DNA of 64,000 nt from an uncultured Bacteroidales bacterium (GTDB lineage Bacteria; Bacteroidota; Bacteroidia; Bacteroidales; UBA10428): NCBI GenBank assembly GCA_963752195.1, contig CAVVXI010000004.1, positions 261,641-325,640 on the forward strand. The letters are read 5' to 3'. Both the position numbers and the translations under genes were made by a program. The notes under the pieces are model-generated. The model worked only from the letters and a program-made list of their open reading frames with translations. It did not search any database and was not told where the DNA came from. Each line of letters opens with the position of its first letter. The first letter of the stretch is position 1. This document shows, one piece after another, positions 48,193 to 56,806 of the stretch.

Positions 48193-49818
48193 ATGAAAAA
48201 GCGTGGAATGAAAAAGAGCATAAGGCCTGGCTTTTTAATCCTTTGCCTTTTGTCGGGGTGGGCTTTGCACGCCCAGGTACTGAATGAACAAGTTTTGAAA
48301 TTTGGAACTGTGCTTGACAGAATTCAGAAATATTACGTGGATTCGACCAACCAGGAGATGCTTGTTGAAGATGCCATAAAAGGATTGCTGAAGGAACTCG
48401 ATCCGCATTCTTCCTACCTTACGCCAAAAGAGGTGGAAGAAATGAATGAGCCCCTGCAGGGGAATTTTGAAGGCATTGGTGTTTCCTTTAATATTCTTAA
48501 TGATACAGTTTATATTATTTCCCCTATTTCCGGGGGGCCATCGGAAAAATCCGGTATTTTGTCAGGTGACAGGATTATTAAAGTGAATGGCAAAAATATA
48601 GCCGGCATATCTATAACCAATGACCAGGTGTTTTCCTTGCTGAAAGGGAAAAAAGGAACAAAGGTAAACCTCAGTATTTTAAGAAAGGGTGAGGGAATTG
48701 TTGAATTCGAAGTTGTAAGGGATAAAATACCGATTTACAGCGTTGATGCGAGTTACGATGCCGGGGATGGCATTGGCTACATTAAGCTGAACCGGTTTTC
48801 CATGACGACCATGGAAGAATTCCAAAAAGCCTTGAAAAACCTGAAAGAGAGGAATATAAAAAACCTGATCCTTGACCTGACCGGCAACGGTGGAGGATAT
48901 CTGGATGTGGCTATTAGTCTGGCTGACCAGTTTCTTGAAAACAACAAACTTGTATTATATACCCAGGGTGTCAACAGCCCCAAACAGGAATATTATTCCA
49001 CGCGGGAAGGAAGCTTTGAAAAAGGACACCTCGTAATTTTGATCGATGAAGGATCAGCCTCAGCAAGCGAAATTGTAACAGGCGCCATACAGGATTGGGA
49101 CCGTGGGATTATTGTCGGCCGTCGTTCCTATGGCAAAGGATTGGTGCAAAAACAAATGCCATTGCCCGATCGATCCATGATAAGACTTACCGTGGCAAAA
49201 TACTATACTCCTACCGGGCGATTGATTCAAAAACCCTATAAAATGAACAGGGATGAATATGACAAGGATTTGCTCAACCGTTATATGAACGGTGAGATGG
49301 CCCATAAAGACAGCATACATTTTCCGGATTCACTTAAATTTTACACATTGAAGAACACTCGGCTTGTATACGGTGGAGGGGGTATCATGCCCGACTACTT
49401 TGTATCCATCGACACAAGCTATTATTCCGATTATTACCGGCAGGTAATCCGAAAAGGATTGCTTAACCGGTTTGTGCTTCAATACGTGGATATCCGGAGA
49501 AGTGAATTGCATGAAACTTACCCTGATTTTGCTTCTTTCAAAAAGAGCTTTGAACTCAATGATGATTTTGTGACCCGGTTTTACAGTTATGCTGCTGAAA
49601 ACGGGGTTCCAAAAAATGATAAAGAGATTGCCCTTTCAGGCAATCAGATACAGTTGCTGCTCAAATCATATGTAGCCCGCGATCTTTGGTCAAACAATGA
49701 ATTTTTTGAAATCATCAACGACAGTGATCCCAAGTTCGAAACTGCGATGAACATTCTGCGAAACTGGGACAAGTACGAGGTTATGCTGCTAAATACCAGC
49801 AACAGCTCGGGAAACTGA
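48193..49818 (+). CDS. S41 family C-terminal processing peptidase
   Basis: PDZ plus S41 motifs (DLTGNGGGYL, GSASASEI, SYGKGLVQ). The ATG at 48193 (MKKRGMKKSI, signal peptide) is preferred over the track start 48157, which overlaps guaA. Confidence 0.88.
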   Translation: MKKRGMKKSIRPGFLILCLLSGWALHAQVLNEQVLKFGTVLDRIQKYYVDSTNQEMLVEDAIKGLLKELDPHSSYLTPKEVEEMNEPLQGNFEGIGVSFNILNDTVYIISPISGGPSEKSGILSGDRIIKVNGKNIAGISITNDQVFSLLKGKKGTKVNLSILRKGEGIVEFEVVRDKIPIYSVDASYDAGDGIGYIKLNRFSMTTMEEFQKALKNLKERNIKNLILDLTGNGGGYLDVAISLADQFLENNKLVLYTQGVNSPKQEYYSTREGSFEKGHLVILIDEGSASASEIVTGAIQDWDRGIIVGRRSYGKGLVQKQMPLPDRSMIRLTVAKYYTPTGRLIQKPYKMNRDEYDKDLLNRYMNGEMAHKDSIHFPDSLKFYTLKNTRLVYGGGGIMPDYFVSIDTSYYSDYYRQVIRKGLLNRFVLQYVDIRRSELHETYPDFASFKKSFELNDDFVTRFYSYAAENGVPKNDKEIALSGNQIQLLLKSYVARDLWSNNEFFEIINDSDPKFETAMNILRNWDKYEVMLLNTSNSSGN

Positions 49819-49839
49819 ATTATAATCAACTGATAGAAT

Positions 49840-50463
49840 ATGAGTATGATAACCGATGTAGTGCATTGGCTTCAAATGCATTATCTGAAGATATTTGAAT
49901 GGCTGGCCACAATCACCGGATTTATCTACATTTTTTATACGATCAGGGAAAATATACGACTCTGGCTTTACGGCATTATTTCTTCGGCGCTATTTGCAAT
50001 GGTTTTCTTTAAAACATCCATCTATGCCAATTCAATTCTATACATTTACTATGTGATCATTGGATTTTACGGTTGGTATACATGGTCACGCGCTGAAAAA
50101 TCAAAGGATAGAAAATCGAAGCTGGCCATTCACAAATTGTCATCTTTAAAGTTGACTGCCTATATTGCATTATCCATTGGATCAGCAATTCCTGTGTATC
50201 TTATCTTAGAAAGGTTTTCTGATTCGGAAGCGCCCTCAATTGATGCACTGCTTACTACCGGGGGTATGGTGGCCACCTGGATGCTGACTCAGAAGCTGAT
50301 TGAACAATGGATATTTTGGATAGTAATTGACCTGACATGGTGCGGTCTTATGTTATATAAAGGAATGTATCCGAGCATGCTGTTGTTTATCGCTTATACA
50401 ATCCTTGCTTTTAAAGGATACTTTGAATGGAAAAAGGAACTGGCCTTGCCGGCAACAGAATAA
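49840..50463 (+). CDS. pnuC: Nicotinamide riboside transporter
   Basis: 207 aa. ~7 TM helices, PnuC-like W-rich motifs (GFYGWYTW, QWIFWIVID). A NadR-type kinase gene follows. Confidence 0.8.
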   Translation: MSMITDVVHWLQMHYLKIFEWLATITGFIYIFYTIRENIRLWLYGIISSALFAMVFFKTSIYANSILYIYYVIIGFYGWYTWSRAEKSKDRKSKLAIHKLSSLKLTAYIALSIGSAIPVYLILERFSDSEAPSIDALLTTGGMVATWMLTQKLIEQWIFWIVIDLTWCGLMLYKGMYPSMLLFIAYTILAFKGYFEWKKELALPATE

Positions 50464-50993
50464 TCCGGATTGTATTGACCGGCCCCGAATGTACCGGGAA
50501 ATCCACGCTTTCTGTGCAGCTGGCACAACATTACAAAACTTTATGCATTCCCGAATATGCCCGTGAATATGTGGCCAATCTTTCACGTCCCTATGCGTAT
50601 GACGATGTAGTTCATATTGCAGAAACACAGGTAAGGCAGCTTACGGAATATACAAATCGTGCCGGGAGAATATTGTTTCTTGACACCTGGCTTATCATTA
50701 CAAAGATTTGGTTTGATCTTGTTTATAAAAAGTGTCCGGAATGGATCGATAAAGAATTATCAGAACATACGGTGGATTTTTATTTACTTTGTGATACCGA
50801 TATACCATGGAAAGCCGACGCCGTAAGAGAAAACGGGGGTTCACGCCGGGAATATCTCCTGGGATTATATAAAAAGGAGCTTGAGGGTTTTCAATGTGAA
50901 TTTGGAATAGTGCGGGGATTGGGAAACCAGCGCCTCAATAATGCAATCACGCTTGTTGATAATTATGTTCAAAAACTGACGACCTATGTTTGA
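50427..50993 (+). CDS. NadR-type ATPase (ribosylnicotinamide kinase-like)
   Basis: 188 aa. Walker A LTGPECTGKSTL. Overlaps pnuC by 37 nt. Confidence 0.7.
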   Translation: MEKGTGLAGNRIIRIVLTGPECTGKSTLSVQLAQHYKTLCIPEYAREYVANLSRPYAYDDVVHIAETQVRQLTEYTNRAGRILFLDTWLIITKIWFDLVYKKCPEWIDKELSEHTVDFYLLCDTDIPWKADAVRENGGSRREYLLGLYKKELEGFQCEFGIVRGLGNQRLNNAITLVDNYVQKLTTYV

Positions 50994-52134
50994 CATGGTA
51001 GCAAAAACACTGTTCGGGATGGAGGATATTCTTGCCACGGAACTTTCGGAGATGAATGCCCGAAACATACGAATTCTAAACAGGGCCGTATCGTTTACCG
51101 GTGATAAGAAACTGATGTACAAAGCAAATTATAACCTCAGACTGGCCCTTACAATCCTTGTGCCTATCGGGGAATCGGAATTAAAAAATGAAAATGATCT
51201 GTATCCCTATGTACGCAGTATTCAATGGGATCAATACATGAGCGTTGATGAAACACTTGCCATTGATGTGGCACTGAAATCCGACCTGTTTACGCATTCG
51301 CAGTTTGTGGCACAAAAAGTAAAAGATGCTATTGTTGACCAGTTTCGCGATAAATATGGGCGCAGACCATCAGTCGATCTTGAATTTCCTGCGCTCAGGA
51401 TAAATGTCTTTTTAAGTGATAAAAAAATCACCCTGTCCATCGACAGCAGCGGGGATCCTCTATACAAAAGGGGGTACCGGTTTAAACAGGGGTTGGCGCC
51501 ACTAAATGAGGTGCTTGCGGCCGGACTCATTAAGATGACGGGTTGGACAGGTGGGGTTCCCTTGGTAGACTTTATGTGCGGGTCCGGCACTATACCGGTG
51601 GAAGCTGCTATGATGGCGGCAAAAATACCGCCGGGATCTCTTGGACGTCCTTATGGTTTTCAAAAGTGGAAGGATTATGATAAAGACCTTTTTCGCGAAA
51701 TAGAAAAAGAAGCTGTTCCTCAAAAACAGGAAATCAAAATCTATGCATCTGACATTTCTCCCGAAGCAGTACGATTGGCTGCAAGCCACGCGCGAAATGC
51801 CCGTGTTATGGATTCTATCAGTTTCAGTGCCTGTGATTTCAGCGAAGTTAATCCTCCTGCAGGTGCCGGTATTGTTCTGATCAATCCCCCTTATGGGGAA
51901 CGCATAATACCTGAAAACATAAACGAACTCTATGGACTGATCGGCAGTAAATTTAAAAAAAGCTTTGAAGGATATACTGCCTGGATTTTCAGCGGTAATT
52001 ATGAAGCCATGAAGAATGTTGGATTAAGGCCCTTTCGAAAGATACATCTTTTCAATGGCCAGCTCGAATGCAGGTTAAACGGTTATGCCTTGTATTCAGG
52101 ATCAAAAAAGGCAAGCAAGCAGATCCATTCATAG
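50986..52134 (+). CDS. THUMP domain class I SAM-dependent RNA methyltransferase (RlmL/YpsC-like)
   Basis: 382 aa. DFMCGSGTIPVEA SAM motif and NPPYGERI catalytic motif. Confidence 0.82.
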   Translation: MFDMVAKTLFGMEDILATELSEMNARNIRILNRAVSFTGDKKLMYKANYNLRLALTILVPIGESELKNENDLYPYVRSIQWDQYMSVDETLAIDVALKSDLFTHSQFVAQKVKDAIVDQFRDKYGRRPSVDLEFPALRINVFLSDKKITLSIDSSGDPLYKRGYRFKQGLAPLNEVLAAGLIKMTGWTGGVPLVDFMCGSGTIPVEAAMMAAKIPPGSLGRPYGFQKWKDYDKDLFREIEKEAVPQKQEIKIYASDISPEAVRLAASHARNARVMDSISFSACDFSEVNPPAGAGIVLINPPYGERIIPENINELYGLIGSKFKKSFEGYTAWIFSGNYEAMKNVGLRPFRKIHLFNGQLECRLNGYALYSGSKKASKQIHS

Positions 52135-52301
52135 CCAGAAAACATATGTTCGTCAACAACCTGTAACTCTTGTTTACAAAAAAACGTTGACTACCTGTAT
52201 TGATTTATTAAAAATAGTTATATTTAAATGACAGAAGAAATTGCATATCAGGTGCTAAAATCGCGATTTATCCCTGTAGGTTATTTCAGGATATTTTTTT
52301 A

Positions 52302-52309
52302 TATATTTG
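52302..52309 (+). promoter_or_regulatory. Candidate -7 promoter box TATATTTG
   Basis: TAnnTTTG match 44 nt upstream of the ATG at 52353. Confidence 0.3.
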
Positions 52310-52352
52310 TTGTGCATTCAATTTTTCTGTTAAAAAGCAACCAAGCCTTTTT

Positions 52353-52898
52353 ATGAGCTTTAATCTTAAGGAATACTACTCCAATCTAAGCAAGGGTGAT
52401 GTTTTGCTGGCATATAAAGGCAGTATTACTTCCGATCTTATAAATGATATCCTTGAAGCGGTTGAAAAGAAACTGGATGAGGCGAATGCAGAAAGCAAAC
52501 TCAGGAAGAAAATTTACAACGTACTGGTAGAGAGTTTGCAGAATCTGTTTCATCATATTGAAACCAATCATGAGGGAATAAAAGAAGAACTTGACCCTAA
52601 ATTCGGTGTTCTTATTATTGAACGTGAGGGTGAATTTTATAAGGTTACCACCGGAAATTTTGTTAACACAAAACGAATTAAGTTCTTAAAGGAAAAGATT
52701 GACAAAATCAACTCTCTTACAAAAGATGAGTTGAAGGATATGTATAAATTCATACTAAACCATCAGAAGCTGTCGGCTAAAGGTGGCGGAGGACTTGGAC
52801 TCGTGGATATAGCCAGAAAATCAGGAAATAAACTGGAATATGAGTTTTATGTTTATGATGACAATTATTCTTTTTTCAATTTAACTATCAGGGTATAA
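52353..52898 (+). CDS. SiaB-like serine/threonine protein kinase (HATPase-like, partner-switch type)
   Basis: 181 aa. G-box-like GGGGLGLVDIARKSG. Small size and pairing with a DUF1987 gene match SiaB/SiaC-type modules. Confidence 0.6.
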   Translation: MSFNLKEYYSNLSKGDVLLAYKGSITSDLINDILEAVEKKLDEANAESKLRKKIYNVLVESLQNLFHHIETNHEGIKEELDPKFGVLIIEREGEFYKVTTGNFVNTKRIKFLKEKIDKINSLTKDELKDMYKFILNHQKLSAKGGGGLGLVDIARKSGNKLEYEFYVYDDNYSFFNLTIRV

Positions 52899-52926
52899 TT
52901 ACAGTTTCTGAAATTCATAATTACGT

Positions 52927-53307
52927 ATGGAACCAATTAATATCGAGGGCAGTCCTAAAACACCATCTATCAAATTTGATATTGAAAAAGGAATTCTTGA
53001 AATAAGGGGGAGATCCATTCCCGAAAATTCCATTGAATTCTATAAGCCACTGGTAGATTGGCTGGATGAATATTCAAAAGATCCGGTAAAGAAAACCCAG
53101 GTGAATATACATCTCGAGTATTTCAATACCAGTTCTTCAAAATGTATTCTGGATGTTTTTAAAAAGCTCGAAGCAATTCATAAGGCAAAGCACGATGTAG
53201 TCATTTTCTGGTATTATGAGGAAGATGATGAAGATATGCTTGAAGCCGGTGAGGATTATGAATCAATCATCCGCATACCTTTCAAAATGGTAGAAATTGT
53301 AGATTAA
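52927..53307 (+). CDS. DUF1987 (SiaC-like) protein
   Basis: 126 aa. TPSIKFDIEKGILEIRGRSIPENSIEFYKPLVDWLDEY...LEYFNTSSSKCILDVFKKLE is the characteristic DUF1987 pattern. Confidence 0.75.
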   Translation: MEPINIEGSPKTPSIKFDIEKGILEIRGRSIPENSIEFYKPLVDWLDEYSKDPVKKTQVNIHLEYFNTSSSKCILDVFKKLEAIHKAKHDVVIFWYYEEDDEDMLEAGEDYESIIRIPFKMVEIVD

Positions 53308-53313
53308 TTTTTT

Positions 53314-56300
53314 CTACGACGGATTCGTCCATCTCGGACTCAATTGTTCAAGCCTGTCAAGAGACCTTTTTAATAACCTGAAATACAGGATCAGGTAAAG
53401 CATCAGTGTAAAACACCAGATGATAATTGCGTTTACTGCAAAGGTGCTGTAGTAATTTCCAAAGAGCATCTTTCGTGGCGCATAAAAATGAGCCTTTATA
53501 AAGCGTGATTCAGGATCAAGATAAATAGGATCCATTTTCTGGTATAACTTTCCTTTATATTCTATGATCTTATCGAGCTCGTTGTTGTTTTCTACAAATT
53601 CAGTGAGCTTTTCATTGTGGTACATTCTTTTCAATCCCAGAAAATTATCCTTGTCTGAATCAGTCTTCTGTAATTCCCTGATCAGGTTATCTTTGTTGTC
53701 ATTGGCATTGTTATAAATGCGCATATAGATCTTATTCAATATCTTTATGAAATCGCGGGTTTGCTTTATTACATCCATATTTACACTTTCCGGGGTAAGT
53801 CGCGCCAAAGCCGGAAATTCCAAATTCTGAATGTGTGAGACCGGTATTTTTTTAATTACCGGCAATTCATGTGCTAATTCATTTTTTAACAGATTTACCG
53901 CTGTTTCATACTTTTGAGGCTTGTCAGGATTGTTCAGATTGGACTCAATATAGTCCACCTTTTTTTCCAGTTCCTTTATCCAGTAGTTTTTCTTGTATTC
54001 CGCAATGCTCATAGCCTTGTTAACAGTGTAGAATTTGGCATCGTAGTCGTTGTGCATGAATTGTTCCACAACAAGTGCCTCATAGCCCCACCTTGCCGTC
54101 ATCACTTCACCATAAACCGGAATATTGCCGGGTGACGAAATCCTCGGATTCAACTTGTCATATTTTACTATTACACCGCTTAGAATGATTTGTGGAATAA
54201 CGAGAAATGGAATCAGGATATAGATTGTAACAACAGTTTTAAAACTATCTGAAATGACAAGTCCCATCAGGTTCGACGACACCCATGCACTGAAAAGAAT
54301 GAGCCAGTAATCAAAATACATGCCCTTGATTCCCAGTATGGAGTTGCCGATCAAAACAAAGGTGAAGGCCTGAATGGCTGATATTGTAAGCAAGACGGAA
54401 ACCTTTGACAGCAAATATCCCGACCAGCTGAGATTTAAAAAGGCTTCCCGCTTAAGAATTTTTCTATCCTTGATTATTTCTTCCGCACTAAGCGTTAATC
54501 CCATAAAAGTTGCGACAATAACCGACATGAACAGGTATACCGGAAGATTGCTGTTATCCATGAATACATAACTTCCTTCACTGGTTTCGCTTACATTAAA
54601 ATACTTAATGATGAATGATAGAATAAACGCGAGAACAGGCGCTTCCAGCAATGTAATGATGAGATACTGTGTGTTTGAAATTTTAGATAATACATCACGG
54701 GTTATAAACACCCTGATTTGTTTTAGCAAGCCGGGGATCTTAAAGGAAATGGACGGCACATGGATTTTTTCCCTGTTCTTTTCTTTCCCGGGCTTCTCGG
54801 TCTTTGAAAAAAAGCCGTGCCATTCGCCGGGCGATATTTTCCTGATACGTGTTTCTTTCCCGTATTCATCAATCACCAATGACTCTACAATATTGAATAT
54901 TTGTTCAGGATTGACGTTTCCGCAAGCATGGCATTCACTGTCCGCCCAGTTGGCATGATGTACCTTTGATTTGAAATACATGATGGAATCTACCGGGTTG
55001 CCGTTATATATAAGATAACCTCCTGTATCCAGGATCAGCAGATTATCAAACATTTTGAAAATATCGGATGACGGCTGGTGTATTACTACAAAAATCAATT
55101 TTCCTTTCAGGGTCAGATCTTTAAGCAAATCAAGTATATTTTCCGAATCCCTTGATGACAATCCGGATGTGGGTTCATCAAGAAACAAGATTGCCGGTTC
55201 CCGGATAAGTTCAAGCGCTATATTTAGCCTTTTCCTCTGACCTCCGCTGATTTTTTTATTCAACGGCGTGCCCACCTGGATATCCTTGATTTCAAATAAA
55301 CCCAGACTGTGAAGCATGTTGTTCACGGTTTGCACTATCAGCTCTTCGGTATAATTATCAAAGCACAGCCTGGCATTGTAATACAGATTCTGATAAACGG
55401 AAAGTTCTTCAATCAGCAGATCATCCTGTGAAACATGTCCTATCAATCCCCTGATTTTGTCTTCTTCCTTATGGATATCGATTCCATTTATCAGCACCCT
55501 GCCCTCAGTGGGTTCCACTGATCCGTTAAGGATATTCAGCAGGGTTGACTTACCTGCACCGCTTGATCCCATTATACCTACAAGCCTTCCGGATTCTTCA
55601 CTGAAATTTATCTTATACAGCCCGTTCTTGCCATTTTTAAACCGGTATGTGACCTCTTCCGCATCAAAAATAATGACGGGCAATTCCTGGTCATCTTTGA
55701 ATGCATTCACAAGGTCACTGAAGTACAATGGTTTTACATGGTGGTTTCGAATTGAGGTTCCGGTACTTAAAACATACACCTTGTCCTCCTGAAGGATCTG
55801 ACCGTTGAGATACAGTTCACTTTCACCCTTGTAGCGAAGAAAATACATGCCTGCGGAAGAAACGTGAATGATCCATATTTTACCCGTGAGAAATTCGGAG
55901 CATAAATGCCTGGTTTCCGGAACAAGAGCCTTTTTATGATTGTCAATCAGTAGAAGGGATCTGTTTTTGGGAACCTCAAGAAAGGGATTAAGTATGAAAT
56001 CACGGATCAATTCATATTCATCTTTGGGAATATAAAAGGAATCTGCAACCGCTGTAATAAAGGCAAATTCCTGGTCTGTGACCTGGTTGCCGTCGGATTT
56101 CACAAATTCAAACAACTGTACGAGAACAATAACTTTTTGTTTCTGAGCCAATTCCTTATTGATCTCGTTGCATATCCGAAGCACTTTCACGGAATCGGCG
56201 CCGATCCTTTTATTCCCCCTCTCGTTTTGAAGCAATTGATGCTTTGAATAATTGGAATCAAACAGGGTAATATAATCTTTGACCAAATCATGGTTCAGCT

Positions 56301-56409
56301 GTCTTTCAAGGAAGGAATGGACAACAGTGCGCCTGTCCTTTCCATTGCTGTAGGGACTGGCGATAATTGCAAATAATTCCATTAAAGCTTTGAGAATCTT
56401 TTCACTCAT
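53314..56409 (-). CDS. Multidomain ABC transporter: N-terminal TerB-like + beta-rich (FHA-like?) region, ABC ATPase, ABC-2 permease, C-terminal coiled-coil extension with terminal TM
   Basis: 1031 aa. Walker A GSSGAGKST, signature SGGQRKR, Walker B LFLDEPTSGL, and ~6 TM helices. A ~200-aa charged region is then followed by a final TM (AVNAIIIWCFTLMLYLILYF). Confidence 0.85.
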   Translation of the reverse strand: MSEKILKALMELFAIIASPYSNGKDRRTVVHSFLERQLNHDLVKDYITLFDSNYSKHQLLQNERGNKRIGADSVKVLRICNEINKELAQKQKVIVLVQLFEFVKSDGNQVTDQEFAFITAVADSFYIPKDEYELIRDFILNPFLEVPKNRSLLLIDNHKKALVPETRHLCSEFLTGKIWIIHVSSAGMYFLRYKGESELYLNGQILQEDKVYVLSTGTSIRNHHVKPLYFSDLVNAFKDDQELPVIIFDAEEVTYRFKNGKNGLYKINFSEESGRLVGIMGSSGAGKSTLLNILNGSVEPTEGRVLINGIDIHKEEDKIRGLIGHVSQDDLLIEELSVYQNLYYNARLCFDNYTEELIVQTVNNMLHSLGLFEIKDIQVGTPLNKKISGGQRKRLNIALELIREPAILFLDEPTSGLSSRDSENILDLLKDLTLKGKLIFVVIHQPSSDIFKMFDNLLILDTGGYLIYNGNPVDSIMYFKSKVHHANWADSECHACGNVNPEQIFNIVESLVIDEYGKETRIRKISPGEWHGFFSKTEKPGKEKNREKIHVPSISFKIPGLLKQIRVFITRDVLSKISNTQYLIITLLEAPVLAFILSFIIKYFNVSETSEGSYVFMDNSNLPVYLFMSVIVATFMGLTLSAEEIIKDRKILKREAFLNLSWSGYLLSKVSVLLTISAIQAFTFVLIGNSILGIKGMYFDYWLILFSAWVSSNLMGLVISDSFKTVVTIYILIPFLVIPQIILSGVIVKYDKLNPRISSPGNIPVYGEVMTARWGYEALVVEQFMHNDYDAKFYTVNKAMSIAEYKKNYWIKELEKKVDYIESNLNNPDKPQKYETAVNLLKNELAHELPVIKKIPVSHIQNLEFPALARLTPESVNMDVIKQTRDFIKILNKIYMRIYNNANDNKDNLIRELQKTDSDKDNFLGLKRMYHNEKLTEFVENNNELDKIIEYKGKLYQKMDPIYLDPESRFIKAHFYAPRKMLFGNYYSTFAVNAIIIWCFTLMLYLILYFRLLKRSLDRLEQLSPRWTNPS

Positions 56410-56537
56410 TGCTTATAGCGGATTTTTTGTACCGGGCATTTGTTAATCATTATTCATTCTACGTAATACGGGTATGCAGGTTTCAATGCATTTCTCGCGG
56501 ATCTCGGGGAGAAAAGAATTTGCGGGGCTTTTTTGCT

Positions 56538-56564
56538 CGCAGATTTCACAGATTTCGCAGATTT
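56538..56564 (+). repeat. Nonamer tandem repeat C[G/A]CAGATTT x3
   Basis: Read directly in the ABC/clpB divergent intergenic region. Confidence 0.85.
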
Positions 56565-56641
56565 TTTTGGTTAACGTCGTTCGGACAAGGCTCCGCCTTG
56601 GTCGAAAATATGCAATCAGGCTTTGCCTGCATATATTCAAT

Positions 56642-56662
56642 CGGACGCTGGTCCGTTTTTTT
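56642..56662 (+). terminator. Orphan intrinsic-terminator-like hairpin (CGGAC-gctg-GTCCG + T7)
   Basis: Read directly. No annotated plus-strand gene lies upstream of it. It sits 145 nt upstream of clpB. Confidence 0.45.
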
Positions 56663-56806
56663 CCGTGGTAAAAGTTTATTTGCCAATAAGTCACAAACGA
56701 AAAAACAATGTAGCCAAAATGACATTTACACATCTTATTTGTTGTCAAAATGTCAAGGTATTTTCCTCTTATTGAGATGGTTCAATATTTGACATAGTAA
56801 AAAAAA

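Noticed and set aside
56409-56792. 127-aa (+), 101-aa (-) and 65-aa (+) ORFs in the ABC/clpB intergenic region.
   Set aside because: They overlap one another and contain translated nonamer repeats (ICEICEICE). There is no coding-like composition, so the region is treated as regulatory.
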